Source: Candidatus Eiseniibacteriota bacterium
GTDB lineage: Bacteria > Eisenbacteria > RBG-16-71-46 > JABDJR01
Reading direction: 5' to 3'
DNA: 64,000 bases
NCBI GenBank assembly: GCA_963783375.1
Contig: CAWANH010000028.1
Location: forward strand, 704,001-768,000
The notes under the pieces were generated by a model that was not told the origin of the DNA, made no database searches, and saw only the letters and a list, made by a program, of their open reading frames with translations. Shown here one piece after another: positions 21,100-31,700 of the stretch (positions are counted from its first letter, which is position 1; the number at the start of each line of letters is the position of its first letter). Position numbers and translations under genes: made by a program.

Positions 21100-22926
21100 A
21101 TGAGCGACAAACCGATGAAGACCAAGAAGATCGGGGAACACGGGGTGGTGGGCGATCTCCATACCGTGGCCCTGATCGGGGCGGACGGGAGCATCGACTG
21201 GTGCTGCTTTCCCCATTTCGACTCCCCCAGCATCTTCGCCGCGATCCTGGACGGTGAGAAGGGGGGGTACTTCCGCATCCAACCCACGGAGGAGGTGAGG
21301 GGGACGCAGATGTACCTCCCCGACTCCAACATCCTCCTCACCCGCTTCCTCCACTCCGACGGGGTGGGGGAGCTCCTGGATTTCATGCCGGTGGTGAGCG
21401 ACGAGCCGGGAGAGCATCCGGGAAGCCACACCATCGTCCGCCGGGTCACCGTGGTCCGCGGCCACCTCACCTTCATCCTGGATTGCCAGCCGCGCTTCGA
21501 CTACGCCCGGACCGATCACCGTACCCGGATCATCCGGGGGGACGCCCTGTTCGAGACCGATCACATCGTGGTGGGGCTCCAGAGCCCGGTGGAACTGGTG
21601 ATGCACGGCGGGGGGGCGCGGGCCGAGTTCACCCTGAATGCGGGGGAGACGGTTCACTTTCTGCTTCGCCAGGTGACGAGCCAGGACGTGGATGAGGCCC
21701 TCGAACACCCCCCCGATCCCGAGGTCCTCTTCCGGGAGACCTCGGATTTCTGGCGGGGCTGGATCGCCAAGAGCAGCTACCGCGGCCACTGGCGGGAGAT
21801 GGTGCACCGCTCGGCCCTGGTGCTGAAGCTCCTCGCCTACAGCCCGACCGGAGCCACGGTGGCCGCCCCCACCACCAGCCTCCCCGAGGAGATCGGGGGA
21901 TCGCGGAACTGGGACTACCGGTTCTCCTGGATCCGGGACTCCGCCTTCACCCTCTACGGCCTGCTCCGGATCGGATTCACCGAAGAAGCCGGCCGCTACA
22001 TGAACTTCCTGAACGACCGGATCCTCGAACTCGACCAGGACGGTTCGCTCCAGCCGGTCTACCGGATCGACGGCCGGAAGGATATGGCCGAGGAGGAACT
22101 CCCCCACCTCTCCGGCTACTGCGATTCGCGGCCGGTGCGGATCGGCAACGCCGCCGCCGGCCAGCTCCAGCTCGACATCTACGGCGAGCTGATGGACTCG
22201 GTCTACCTCTACAACAAGTACGGGCGCCCGATCGGCTACGACACCTGGAGCCACCTGGTTCGCATGCTGAACTGGGTGTGCGATCACTGGCGGGAACCCG
22301 ACGACGGCATCTGGGAGGTCCGCGGAGGCCGGCGGCACTTCGTCTTCTCGAAGATGCTCTGCTGGGTGGCCCTGGACCGGGGGGTCCGCCTCGCGGCCAA
22401 GCGTAGCTTCCCCGCGCCCCACGAACGCTGGACCGAGGAGCGGGACAAGATCTATCTCGAGGTGATGGAGAAGGGCTGGAACGAGGAGATCGGGGCCTTC
22501 ACCCAGTACTACGGCTCCGACGCCCTCGACGCCTCGCTCCTGCTCATGCCGCTGGTGTTCTTCATGTCCCCCCACGATCCGCGCATGCTCTCCACCCTGG
22601 ATCGGATCATGGAAAGCCTGGTCTCGGACAGCTTGGTCTACCGGTACTCCACGAAGGACGCGGCCGCGGACGGGGTGGACGGGGCCGAGGGCACGTTTTG
22701 CCTCTGCAGCTTCTGGCTGGTGGAGGCGTTGACCCGGGCCGGTCGCATCACCGAGGCCCGCCTCATCTTCGAGAAGATGCTGTCCTACGCCAACCCGGTC
22801 GGGCTCTACTCGGAGCAGATCGCCCCCACCGGGGACCAGTTGGGAAATTTTCCCCAGGCCTTCACCCACATGGCCCTGATCAGCGCCGCCTACAACCTGG
22901 ACCGCGCGCTGGGAGAAACACCATAG
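21100..22926 (+). CDS. Glycoside hydrolase family 15 (glucoamylase/trehalase-like)
   Basis: IDWCCFPHFDSPS, TTSLPEEIGGSRNWDYRFSWIRD, GIWEVR, LGNFPQAFTH. Confidence 0.95.
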   Translation: MSDKPMKTKKIGEHGVVGDLHTVALIGADGSIDWCCFPHFDSPSIFAAILDGEKGGYFRIQPTEEVRGTQMYLPDSNILLTRFLHSDGVGELLDFMPVVSDEPGEHPGSHTIVRRVTVVRGHLTFILDCQPRFDYARTDHRTRIIRGDALFETDHIVVGLQSPVELVMHGGGARAEFTLNAGETVHFLLRQVTSQDVDEALEHPPDPEVLFRETSDFWRGWIAKSSYRGHWREMVHRSALVLKLLAYSPTGATVAAPTTSLPEEIGGSRNWDYRFSWIRDSAFTLYGLLRIGFTEEAGRYMNFLNDRILELDQDGSLQPVYRIDGRKDMAEEELPHLSGYCDSRPVRIGNAAAGQLQLDIYGELMDSVYLYNKYGRPIGYDTWSHLVRMLNWVCDHWREPDDGIWEVRGGRRHFVFSKMLCWVALDRGVRLAAKRSFPAPHERWTEERDKIYLEVMEKGWNEEIGAFTQYYGSDALDASLLLMPLVFFMSPHDPRMLSTLDRIMESLVSDSLVYRYSTKDAAADGVDGAEGTFCLCSFWLVEALTRAGRITEARLIFEKMLSYANPVGLYSEQIAPTGDQLGNFPQAFTHMALISAAYNLDRALGETP

Positions 22927-22968
22927 ACCCGTCCGGCCCGGGGCCCGCCCGGCGCCGGGCACGGATCC

Positions 22969-23006
22969 CAAACGAAAGCCCCCGGCGGTGAGACCGGGGG
23001 CTTCGT
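22969..23006. terminator. Intrinsic terminator, U-tract on the minus strand, probably bidirectional
   Basis: AAGCCCCCGG/CCGGGGGCTT stem; minus strand reads ...GGGGGCTTTCGTTT. Confidence 0.8.
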
Positions 23007-23067
23007 CGTGACTACCGTGCCAAGGAGGCTCAGCTCCATCGAAGCGGTTGCGTCGCTTCGTGCGCTG
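22969..23067 (-). ncRNA. Candidate sigma28-dependent small RNA (~100 nt)
   Basis: Bounded by a consensus sigma28 promoter and a terminator; hairpin CGAAGCG/CGCTTCG; CCUCCUU motif; no plausible ORF. Confidence 0.6.
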
Positions 23068-23073
23068 GTTTCT

Positions 23074-23100
23074 TTATCGGCGGGGGACGCCGAACCTTTA
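23074..23100 (-). promoter_or_regulatory. Sigma28 (FliA/SigD/WhiG-type) promoter
   Basis: Minus strand TAAA-ggttcggcgtccccc (15 nt)-GCCGATAA, an exact consensus. Confidence 0.8.
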
Positions 23101-23152
23101 GCGCATTCTTGCGGATCCGCCGGCCGTCCCGGGCCTCGGTGTCCGCAACCCG

Positions 23153-24637
23153 TTAACGCGCCGCGGCTTTCGCCAACGTTCCCGCCCGTTCCGATGCCTC
23201 GACGCGGATCCGGTTCCCCAGATCGGCCCCGGCCAAGGTAACGAGCGCCCGCTCGTAGTGGGATTCGGCCTGCCCGCGTATCCCCAACGCGTCGAGCGCC
23301 TTGGCCGTCCAGTAGTTGGCGCCGGCACCGTGGGGGTTCCGGGCCAGGAGTTCCTCTCCCACCGTTACCGCCTCCTGGGGGCGCTGGGCCCGGACCAGGG
23401 CAGCGACTTCTTTTTCCCGGACGCGCCGGTCCAGCCACCAGGTCCAGCGTTCCTTGCCCTCCGCTCGCCGGTAGAACTCGACGGCATCCGGCCATCGCCC
23501 GGAGGCCCCGGCGATGTCGCCCTTGAGCTCCAGGACGCGGAAGGTCTCGCCCGCTCCCGCGGGATCGTCCCCGCTTTCCCGCAATCGTTCCTCCACCTGC
23601 GCGGTGAGGATCTTGAGCTCCGCCTCGGCCGCTCCGAGGCGTCCGGCAGCGGCGTAGATCCGTCCGAGAAGCTGGTGCAGATCCGGATCCTTGAGGTGTG
23701 ATGATCCCAGTGCCCGGGCCATGGAGAGCGCGCGGTCATGGTCTCCGCTCGCATGGACCAGCTCGACGTCGTAGAGACGCCAGGCGTAGTCGTCCACGGT
23801 GCCGGTCAGGGCCGTCTCGATGCGTTGGGTCTCCTCCAGGGCTTCGCGATATCGTCCGAGGTCGGCGTAGACCATGGCCAGGTGGTCGCGGGCCCAGATG
23901 AAGTCCGGCTTGATCTGAAGGGCTCTCAGGAATTCCTTTCGGGCATCCGCGTACTGGCCGGTCCTGAGGTAGAGTTCGCCCAGGCTGTCGTGGGGATTGG
24001 GTTCTTCGGGATAGAGGAACGCGTATTTCTGGAACGCCTCCACCGCTTCGGTCCATCGCTCCTGCTGGGCCAGGACGTAGCCCATGCGGTTGTAGGCCTC
24101 CCCCTGCCGGGGATCCAGTTCGAGGACCCGGCGATAGTCCGCCACCGCCTCATCGAGGTTTCCGCGCTTCGCGGCCCGGTTCGCCGAGCGGAAGAGCGCT
24201 TCGGGATCGTCGGGATAGGCGGCGATGAGCCGGGTCTCCAGGGATTCCCGCTCGGCCGCGTTTCCCCGGATTCTCGCGCCGATGAGGCGAATGAGCAACG
24301 CCTCACGGTCCGTGACCCGGTCGAGCCGGCTCTCCGCCCGGCGGTAGTAGTCCCGCGCTTCGTCCCCGTCCTCCAGCCCCGCCGAGTAGGAGGCCAGCCT
24401 GGCCCAGGCCATGGCGAAAGTGCTGTCGATCTCGGTCGCCCGCTGCCATCCCCGAACCGCGTCGGTGAAGTAGTGCTTGCTGCGGGCCTCCATCCCCTGC
24501 TGGTAGTACGTGTAGGCCTCGGCCGAGGTCGTGGTGACGTCGCGGGGAGAGCGCGAGGCCACCAGGGAGGCGCCCACGAAACACGCCAACCCCACCGCCA
24601 GCAAGGCACCGGTCACAAGTTTCCCCCGCATCGTCAT
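23153..24637 (-). CDS. Membrane-anchored or exported TPR repeat protein
   Basis: N-terminal hydrophobic segment, TTTSAEAY..Y motif, many TPR units (YRRVLELDP, PNPHDSLGELY, ALQIKPDF). Confidence 0.9.
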   Translation of the reverse strand: MTMRGKLVTGALLAVGLACFVGASLVASRSPRDVTTTSAEAYTYYQQGMEARSKHYFTDAVRGWQRATEIDSTFAMAWARLASYSAGLEDGDEARDYYRRAESRLDRVTDREALLIRLIGARIRGNAAERESLETRLIAAYPDDPEALFRSANRAAKRGNLDEAVADYRRVLELDPRQGEAYNRMGYVLAQQERWTEAVEAFQKYAFLYPEEPNPHDSLGELYLRTGQYADARKEFLRALQIKPDFIWARDHLAMVYADLGRYREALEETQRIETALTGTVDDYAWRLYDVELVHASGDHDRALSMARALGSSHLKDPDLHQLLGRIYAAAGRLGAAEAELKILTAQVEERLRESGDDPAGAGETFRVLELKGDIAGASGRWPDAVEFYRRAEGKERWTWWLDRRVREKEVAALVRAQRPQEAVTVGEELLARNPHGAGANYWTAKALDALGIRGQAESHYERALVTLAGADLGNRIRVEASERAGTLAKAAAR

Positions 24638-24665
24638 GGCATCGATCCTCCCCGTTCCGGGTTCC

Positions 24666-27203
24666 TCATGCCGCCTTCCGCAGGTGCTGAAGCTCGGCCA
24701 GAAGGGACGAGACCTTCTGCACGGTGAACGGCTTGGCCAGCACCCGGGTCACCCCGCGGTCTTCCGCCTCACGCGTTCCGATCTGGTTCCCCCAGCCGGT
24801 CACCAGGATGATGGGGATCGTCCGGTCGCGAAGCCGGATATCGTGGGCCACTTCCCAGCCGCTCATGTCCGGCATGCCGAGATCGGTGAACACCACGTCG
24901 AACCGGCCGGGTTCGAACCGATCCAGGATCTCGCGGCCGCTCCCCACCTCCTCGACTTCATTCCCCAGGGCGATGAGGAGCTCCACCAGGGTCTGGCGCA
25001 CGTTGGCTTCGTCGTCCCCCACCAGAACGCGGCACGATTCCGCGGCCAGCATGGGTTCCTCGATCCCCTCGGGGAGGTTGGCCTGAGCGGTGGGCAGAAC
25101 GATCTCGAAGCGCGTTCCGCCCCCCTCGTTCTCCTCCACCCGAATGCGGCCGCCGTGGCGCTCGATGATGCCGAACACGATGGAAAGACCCAGGCCGCTT
25201 CCCTTCACCCCTTTGGTGGTGAAGAAGGGTTCGAAGATCCGCTCCCGGATCTCGGGGGAGATGCCGACTCCGGTGTCGGCGATGGACAGGCACACCCCGT
25301 CGTCGTCGGAGCGGGTGGCCAGGGTGATGGTGCCCCCCTGGGGCATCGCGTCCACGGCGTTGAAGATGAAGTTGGTGAGAACCTCGCGGATCTCCGAGGG
25401 CACGCAAGGGACCTGTGGCACGCTGTCGAGGTGGAGCTCGACCTCCACGCGGACCCCGTTCTGCTCGGCCTGGGTCTTCCACCGGGGCCGGGTGATCTCC
25501 GCGGCCTCGCGGACCAGGTTGTTGAGATCCGCCCGCACCAGTTCCGGGTGCCCCCCGCGATCCCGGCTGAACTCCTGGATGCGGCGGACGGTCTCCGCGC
25601 CGTCGAGGGCGGCGCGCTCGATGATGGCCAGGGACGCCCCGAGGTCCTTCGGATCCAGGGCCGCGCGCTCCTGCTTCATGCGAAGGAGCTGCACCCGGCC
25701 GATGATGGCGGCGAGCACGTTGTTGAAGTCGTGGGCCACGCCGCTGGCCATCTGCCCCACGCTCCGCAGCTTTTCCGCGTTCCGGGTGTTCTCGGAATGA
25801 GTGAGCTGCTCCTGAGTCTCCTTCAGCTCCACGAAGGACCGCTGGAGCCGCTGATAGAGGTCGGCGTTCTTGAGCACCAGCCCCATGTTGTCGGCGATGG
25901 CCACCGTGGTGGAGATTTCCGCGCGGGAGAACCCGTCGCGACGCCGCGACGCGATGCCGAGCACCCCCAGGAACTCGCCCCGCGCCATGATCGGAACCAG
26001 GAACCCCGACTTGAACCCGTTCCGGCAGAGCCAGCCGTCGGCCAGGAGCGGATCGTCCTGGAAGCTGGGAACCGAGCGGGGGACCTCGGTCTGACGGATG
26101 TGGTCCAGGAGCGGGAGTTCGCCGGACACGACGTTCCGGACATGAACCTCCAGATCCTGGCGGTCCAGCCACACGAAATCCCGCCGGAAGCTATTGGTCG
26201 AGCCGAGGAGGCGCAGCACGGTGAGATACTCGTACTGCATGAGCCGGGGAAGCTGGCGATGAAGCTGGGCATAGATCTCTTCCGGCTCCAGGCTCACCGC
26301 CATGGCCCGGGACAGCTCGTTCAGCACCCGGAGACGGGTGGCGCGGAGCTTGGCCTCCTCGTACAGGCTCTCCTGCTCCAGCGCGGCGGCCTCCATCTCC
26401 TGATGCCGCCCGGCCAGCGTTTCCCGGGTGGCGGCCAGGCTCTCCGTCATCTCGTTGAACGCCTCGCCCAGGCTCCCGATCTCGTCTCTGGACTTCACCT
26501 CCACCCGGCGCGACAGGTCCCCTTGGGTCACCGCCTTGGCCACCGCGGCCATCTCGCGGAGGGGTTTTAGGGTCCAGCGGGTGATGAGCATGATCGCGGC
26601 CAGGCCGAGGAGGCTCACCGCCAGTCCGAACCCCAGGCTGGCCAGGAAGGCGTGTTCGATGCGGCCCAGGGTGGGGGCGGTGCACAGGCCCAACCGCACC
26701 GTGCCGAGACGCCGGCAAACCCCGTTCTGGGGAACGATCGGGTGGATCTCCCCGTGAGCGTCGGTATCCCATACCGGCGTGTTGAAGGTGTAGAGCAGCT
26801 TCCCCTTCTCGGTCCGGATCTTCACCAGCTTCGAAACGGACGGCGCCCAGGCCTCGGCCACCAGCCGGGGCCGGAGCCGGGAGAGATCGATGTCCCCGCA
26901 GGTTCCCTCGGCCACGAGCTGACCGCGATCGTCCTGGATCATCACGTAGCGGACGTCCTCGTCGCCGCAGAGCGAGGCCACCATCTGCTGGAATTCGGTC
27001 GAGTCCCCTTCCTCGAAGGCATGGATGGCCTGATAGGAGAGGTTCTGGGACATGGCGTAGCCGCGCTTCTCCAGCTCGTGGAGGAGCGTGGTCCGGGATT
27101 GGTAGAAGTGGAGGGTGGCCAGCACCAGGGTGCTGAGAACGAAGAGGGTTCCGGTCACCAGGATGAACCGGCCTCGAAGCCCGAAGAGCGACATGCGCAT
27201 CAT
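24666..27203 (-). CDS. Hybrid sensor histidine kinase (2 TM, HAMP, GAF, HisKA, HATPase, receiver)
   Basis: DEIGSLGEAFNEM (HAMP), SGVAHDFNN, NAVDAM, FEPFFTTK, GSGLGL, TDLGMP, KPF; start placed at the ATG after GGAAAGG. Confidence 0.95.
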   Translation of the reverse strand: MMRMSLFGLRGRFILVTGTLFVLSTLVLATLHFYQSRTTLLHELEKRGYAMSQNLSYQAIHAFEEGDSTEFQQMVASLCGDEDVRYVMIQDDRGQLVAEGTCGDIDLSRLRPRLVAEAWAPSVSKLVKIRTEKGKLLYTFNTPVWDTDAHGEIHPIVPQNGVCRRLGTVRLGLCTAPTLGRIEHAFLASLGFGLAVSLLGLAAIMLITRWTLKPLREMAAVAKAVTQGDLSRRVEVKSRDEIGSLGEAFNEMTESLAATRETLAGRHQEMEAAALEQESLYEEAKLRATRLRVLNELSRAMAVSLEPEEIYAQLHRQLPRLMQYEYLTVLRLLGSTNSFRRDFVWLDRQDLEVHVRNVVSGELPLLDHIRQTEVPRSVPSFQDDPLLADGWLCRNGFKSGFLVPIMARGEFLGVLGIASRRRDGFSRAEISTTVAIADNMGLVLKNADLYQRLQRSFVELKETQEQLTHSENTRNAEKLRSVGQMASGVAHDFNNVLAAIIGRVQLLRMKQERAALDPKDLGASLAIIERAALDGAETVRRIQEFSRDRGGHPELVRADLNNLVREAAEITRPRWKTQAEQNGVRVEVELHLDSVPQVPCVPSEIREVLTNFIFNAVDAMPQGGTITLATRSDDDGVCLSIADTGVGISPEIRERIFEPFFTTKGVKGSGLGLSIVFGIIERHGGRIRVEENEGGGTRFEIVLPTAQANLPEGIEEPMLAAESCRVLVGDDEANVRQTLVELLIALGNEVEEVGSGREILDRFEPGRFDVVFTDLGMPDMSGWEVAHDIRLRDRTIPIILVTGWGNQIGTREAEDRGVTRVLAKPFTVQKVSSLLAELQHLRKAA

Positions 27204-27266
27204 GATTCGATCGGTGACCTTTCCGGTCCGTGTTCCGGTGGAGTGGGGGAACGCCAACTCCGTAGG

Positions 27267-27294
27267 GTATCGGCACTTGGTGGGAAGAAGTTGA
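27267..27294 (-). promoter_or_regulatory. Sigma28-like promoter of the hybrid kinase
   Basis: Minus strand TCAA-N16-GCCGATAC about 65 nt upstream of the start; spacer is 1 nt longer than consensus. Confidence 0.5.
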
Positions 27295-27416
27295 GGGGTG
27301 GAGGCTCCGGAATCCGGCGGTGACGGATGTCGGAAAGGGTCTTCGCGGCGCGGCGGCTAGCCCGACCCGTTCATGAAGCCGAGTCGCGAGCGGGAGCCGG
27401 TGGCCGTCAGATCGGG

Positions 27417-28703
27417 CTAGAAGCCGAAGCTCAGGCGGGCGAGAAGCCGGTCATTGGGCCCGAAAATGTGGAACGGATCGGTCCGCTCGGCGGGGCCCAG
27501 GATCACGTCCCCCCCCACCTCGGCGGTCCAGGCTCGGCGGATCCTCCGCCGGACCCGCAGGGTTCCCACCGCCTCGTCCCGCTCCAGGTCCTGGACCCAG
27601 GCTGCCTCGACCACCGTCCCCGCCAGATCGTTGGCGCTCCAGGTCAGGGCCAGGGCCAGATCCCGCTGGAAAGGTCGGTAGATGGCCAGGGTGGCGCCGT
27701 CCACCGCTTCGTCGTAGAGGAACTCGGTCACCACGTCCAGGTCTCCGGCCCCACCCAGGGCACCGAGCCACAGGTAGTCGATCCCCACCACCGCCTGGAC
27801 CGAATGGGGGTCGAGGCCGGCGATTTGGCGGGCGAAGGCGGGGTCGGCAACGCTCTGGTCCCGCCAGGTGGCCTCGGCCTTGAGGAGCACGTCCCCCAGG
27901 GCGGACTGGACCTCGCACCCCAGCATCCGAAGCGGAGGGTAGGCGGGCTGGAGACGGGGAGCCGCGCCTCCACCGCCCGCAACGGGCCCGAGGGTCAGGA
28001 CCGGTTCGCGGTCGATCCCGGAGAAGCCGGTGAGATAGAGATCGGTCCGACCGACGGTGAAGCGGGATCGCATAGCTAGTGAATATTCACTCACCCCCCT
28101 GGGCAACACCGGTTTCTCGTCCAGGGGGAGCCCGCCGAACCCCAGGCGGGCCTCGGCGCTGGCCACCGACCAGGGGGAGCGGTCCGACGGGAACGTCACG
28201 CCTTCAACGAACGGCAAATAAACAAGTTCCAACCCGAACGGGGCCGTCCCGTAGAGGCTGGTGAATGCCCAATCACCCTGCTTTTCCGGGTCCAGGAAAT
28301 CGCGTCCCCAGTCCCGGGTGGACAGCACGTCGCCCGGGCGGTACGTGTCCGCGGAGCCCCAGGTGAAGGTCTGCCGGCCGGCCCGGAAGCTCCACCGAGG
28401 CCCCGGCCGGGCCTCGACCCACGCCTCGCGGGGAACCCAGCGAAAGCGTCCGGCGTCGAGAGGGTCCACCCACAGGCGGGGGCGGGCAAAGACCCGGAGG
28501 GCGGGATGAGGATCCCAGCGCGCCTCGAGCTCCCCCCCCAGGAGCCACTCCACGTCCCGGCCCACCGAGAGGGCCTCGGGGTAGAGCCGCCCTCCCGCGG
28601 TGACCTCGCCGTGAAGCGAGAGGCCGGCCGCCGCCGGAGCCGCGAGGAGAAGAACCGCCAGGAAGGCCGCTGCAGGAAGGGCGCGGACCCCGGGGCCTAC
28701 CAC
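27417..28703 (-). CDS. Outer membrane beta-barrel partner of the MMPL/LolA-like system (DUF1302-like)
   Basis: Signal peptide, REAWVE...GRQTFTWG..D...P.D motif, C-terminal Phe; GTG overlaps the MMPL stop. Confidence 0.8.
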   Translation of the reverse strand: MVGPGVRALPAAAFLAVLLLAAPAAAGLSLHGEVTAGGRLYPEALSVGRDVEWLLGGELEARWDPHPALRVFARPRLWVDPLDAGRFRWVPREAWVEARPGPRWSFRAGRQTFTWGSADTYRPGDVLSTRDWGRDFLDPEKQGDWAFTSLYGTAPFGLELVYLPFVEGVTFPSDRSPWSVASAEARLGFGGLPLDEKPVLPRGVSEYSLAMRSRFTVGRTDLYLTGFSGIDREPVLTLGPVAGGGGAAPRLQPAYPPLRMLGCEVQSALGDVLLKAEATWRDQSVADPAFARQIAGLDPHSVQAVVGIDYLWLGALGGAGDLDVVTEFLYDEAVDGATLAIYRPFQRDLALALTWSANDLAGTVVEAAWVQDLERDEAVGTLRVRRRIRRAWTAEVGGDVILGPAERTDPFHIFGPNDRLLARLSFGF

Positions 28704-31700
28704 TCCCGACCCAGCGCCTCCACGGTGAAGAACCCAGGATCGAGATCCGCCCCGATCGTCCAGGTATCCACCCGGATCTCGGTGGACTTCCCGTTCTGGA
28801 CGTTCTCCATGACCGCGGTCCGGAACCGCCAGTGGACCCCGTCCGGCCGGTAGAAGTCGCGGGACCGGCTCACCTTGTGAAGCGCGCCCTTCCGGTCCCG
28901 GTACTCGGCCCGGAGGATCACGTGCCGGTCGCGGGACACCCAGGTGGTGATCTTCGAGTAGCCGCTTCGCTCGTCGCGCGGCACCGCCTCCACCACGTCC
29001 ACCGAATCCCCGGCCAGGGTGTCGGCGCGAACGTAGCGGTGACGGTACTCGTCCAGCTCGCGCCCCCCCAGATCCTCGTAGGTGAACTCGGTTCCGGCGA
29101 AGTTCCCGGTCTTCCGTGATGCCGCGATCCGCTTCACCCGCCCCAGGGCGGGGAGGTAGAGCCACTGGTCGTCGTCCCCGGGCCGCTCGGCGGTGAGGAA
29201 CGCGGTGCCGCGAAGATCGGGCGGGTCGGTGAAACGGATGAGCGCGCGGTCGCCGTCGTCGCGGGTGAGGAAGGCCATCATGGCCTTTCGGACCGCGGTG
29301 TTCCCGGCGCGGTCGCGGAGCGTCATCGTCACCCGGGCGGTTTCGGAGCGGACGTCTCCGTTCGCGTCCTCCACCGCCTGCATGACCGCGCGCCCCCGGT
29401 CGTCGTCCTCCGGGCGGGCCGGGGCTTCCACGCCGGCGGGCGGCGCCGCGGTCGCCGCCGGGCCTCCCGCATCGCCCGCCGAGGCCTCGGCGCGGCGGGC
29501 CGAAGCCCCCAAGGCGAGCAGGACGACCGCCCCCAGGAGCACCGCCGCCCGCACCGCCGCCTTCTTCCGGTTCCGGCGCCGCCGCTCCTCGAACACCGGG
29601 CGGTAGCGGATGAAGATGGCGGGAAGGATGAAGAGATCGGCGAGGAGCGCCATCACGATGGTGATGGCGGCCAGAAGCGCGAACCACACGCTGGGGAGGA
29701 AGTTGGATCGCAGGATCACCGCGAAGCCGGCGAAGAGAATGGCGGAGGTGAACACGATGGCTCTCCCGGAGACGTGGAAGGCGTAGGCGACGGCCTGGAA
29801 GAGGCTCTTGTCGTCGTCGATGGCCTCGATGTACTTGGCGATGAAATGAATCGTGTCGTCCACCGCGATCCCGATGGCCACCGCCGCCACCATCGCGTTC
29901 ACCATGTCCAGGCGAAGCCCGATCCAGCCCATGAACCCCAGGGTGAAGGCGATGGGCCAGACGTTGGGGATCATGCTCAAGAGTCCCACGCGCCAGGAGC
30001 GGAAGGCCAGGGCCATGGTGAGGGTGATGACCACGAGGGCGACCAGGAACGAGCGGATCTGGCTGGTGATGATGTAGTCGCCCATGTTCTTGTAGAGCAT
30101 CATGAGGCCGGTGAGCTCCACGTCGGCCTGACCGGGGAAGTTCGCGGCCAGCCAACCCTGAAGGTCGCGCACCTGGCGCCGGTAGACGGTGGAGGAGGCG
30201 AAGTTCACCCGCGCGCTCACCCGGGCGGTGGTCTGGGTGAGGTCCACCAGGTTCGAGAGGTCCTCGCGGGGCGAGCTGGCGCCGTAGAGGAGAAGGTACT
30301 GGGCGACCAGGTCCGGGCTATCCGGGACGGTGTGCCAGGCGGGGTCGCCCCCGTGCATGGCCTGGTTGATCTCCTTCAGGTAGTCCACCACCGAGAAGGC
30401 GTCGGTCACGATGCCGATCGAGCGGAGGTGGGTTTCCAGCGCGTCCATGGCCCGGAGCACCTCGGGATCGCGGATCCCCCCCGGCTCCTTCGCCTTCACC
30501 ACGACCTCGAGGTTGCCCACCCCGCCCACCTTGTCCTGGATGTACTCGGTGATCTGGCGCATCGGGTCGCTCTTACGGAAGAACTCGATGGCGTTGGATT
30601 CGACCTTGAGCCGCGCGATGCCGACCCCCGCCACCGCCGTGACCACGCCGGCCACCACCAGGATGGCCACCCCGCGGCGGCGCACGAACCCGGGGAGTCC
30701 CTCCACCACCGCCATCGCCCGGCCCGTCCGGCGGCGAACGGCGTAGGCGGCGTAATCCCCCTTGAGGAAGCTCAGGGCGGCGGGGAGCGCGAACACGCTC
30801 AGGAGAAACGCGATGCTCACCCCGATGGCGGTGAGGGCGCCCATCTCCTGGAGGGGGGCCAGGGGGGCGGCGAGGAGCGCGAGAAACCCCACCGCGGTGG
30901 TGAGGCTGGTGAGGAGGCAGGGCTTGAACAGCCGGCGAACGGTCTCCCGGGCGGCGTTCGGCCCGTCCAGGCCCCCTCCCCGCAGGTTGAAGTACTGCAC
31001 CACGATGTGAACCGAGTCGGCCACCCCGACCGCGGTCAGCACCAGGGGGATGATGGTGGCGAGGCTGTTCTCCTTCCATCCCAGGGCGGGAATGAGCGCC
31101 CGGTCCAGGATCACCGCGGAGAGGATGACCCCCATGGGAAACACGACCCCGGGAAGGCTTCGGATGGTGATGATGAGGAACAGGGTGATGAAGAGGTAGA
31201 GGAGGGGGACGTTCCAGCGCAGGTCGTGGCGGGTGTCGGCGTAGATGTCGTGATCGAGGACCGAGGAGCCGGTGAAGGCGTAGGTGATCCCGTGATCGCG
31301 CTCCTCGCGGGCGAGGAAGGCGTTCACCCGCTTCACCAGGTCGGACTTGTACTGGAACTCGCCGGGGCGGTGCTCGATCTCGGCCACCACCATCGCCACC
31401 TTGCCGTCGACGCTCACCACCCGGCCCCGGGCCAGGCTGTCGGCGAGTACCCGGGCCCGCGCGCTTTCGAGCTCCCCGGCGGTCATGGGGAGATGGGGGA
31501 CCGCCGTCTCCAGCCCGATGTCGTCGCCCTCGCCCCGGATGGTCTCGTAGTTGGCCAGGCTCATGACCCGCCCCACGTAGGCGGTGGTGTCGAGCAGGGC
31601 GGTGACCCGGTCGAGGGAGGCCAGAATCCGGTTGTTGAAGACCGTGCCTTCGGGCCCCGGGTGGGGGCGGCCGGCCCGGCGGGCCCGCGCGTGTCCGGCG

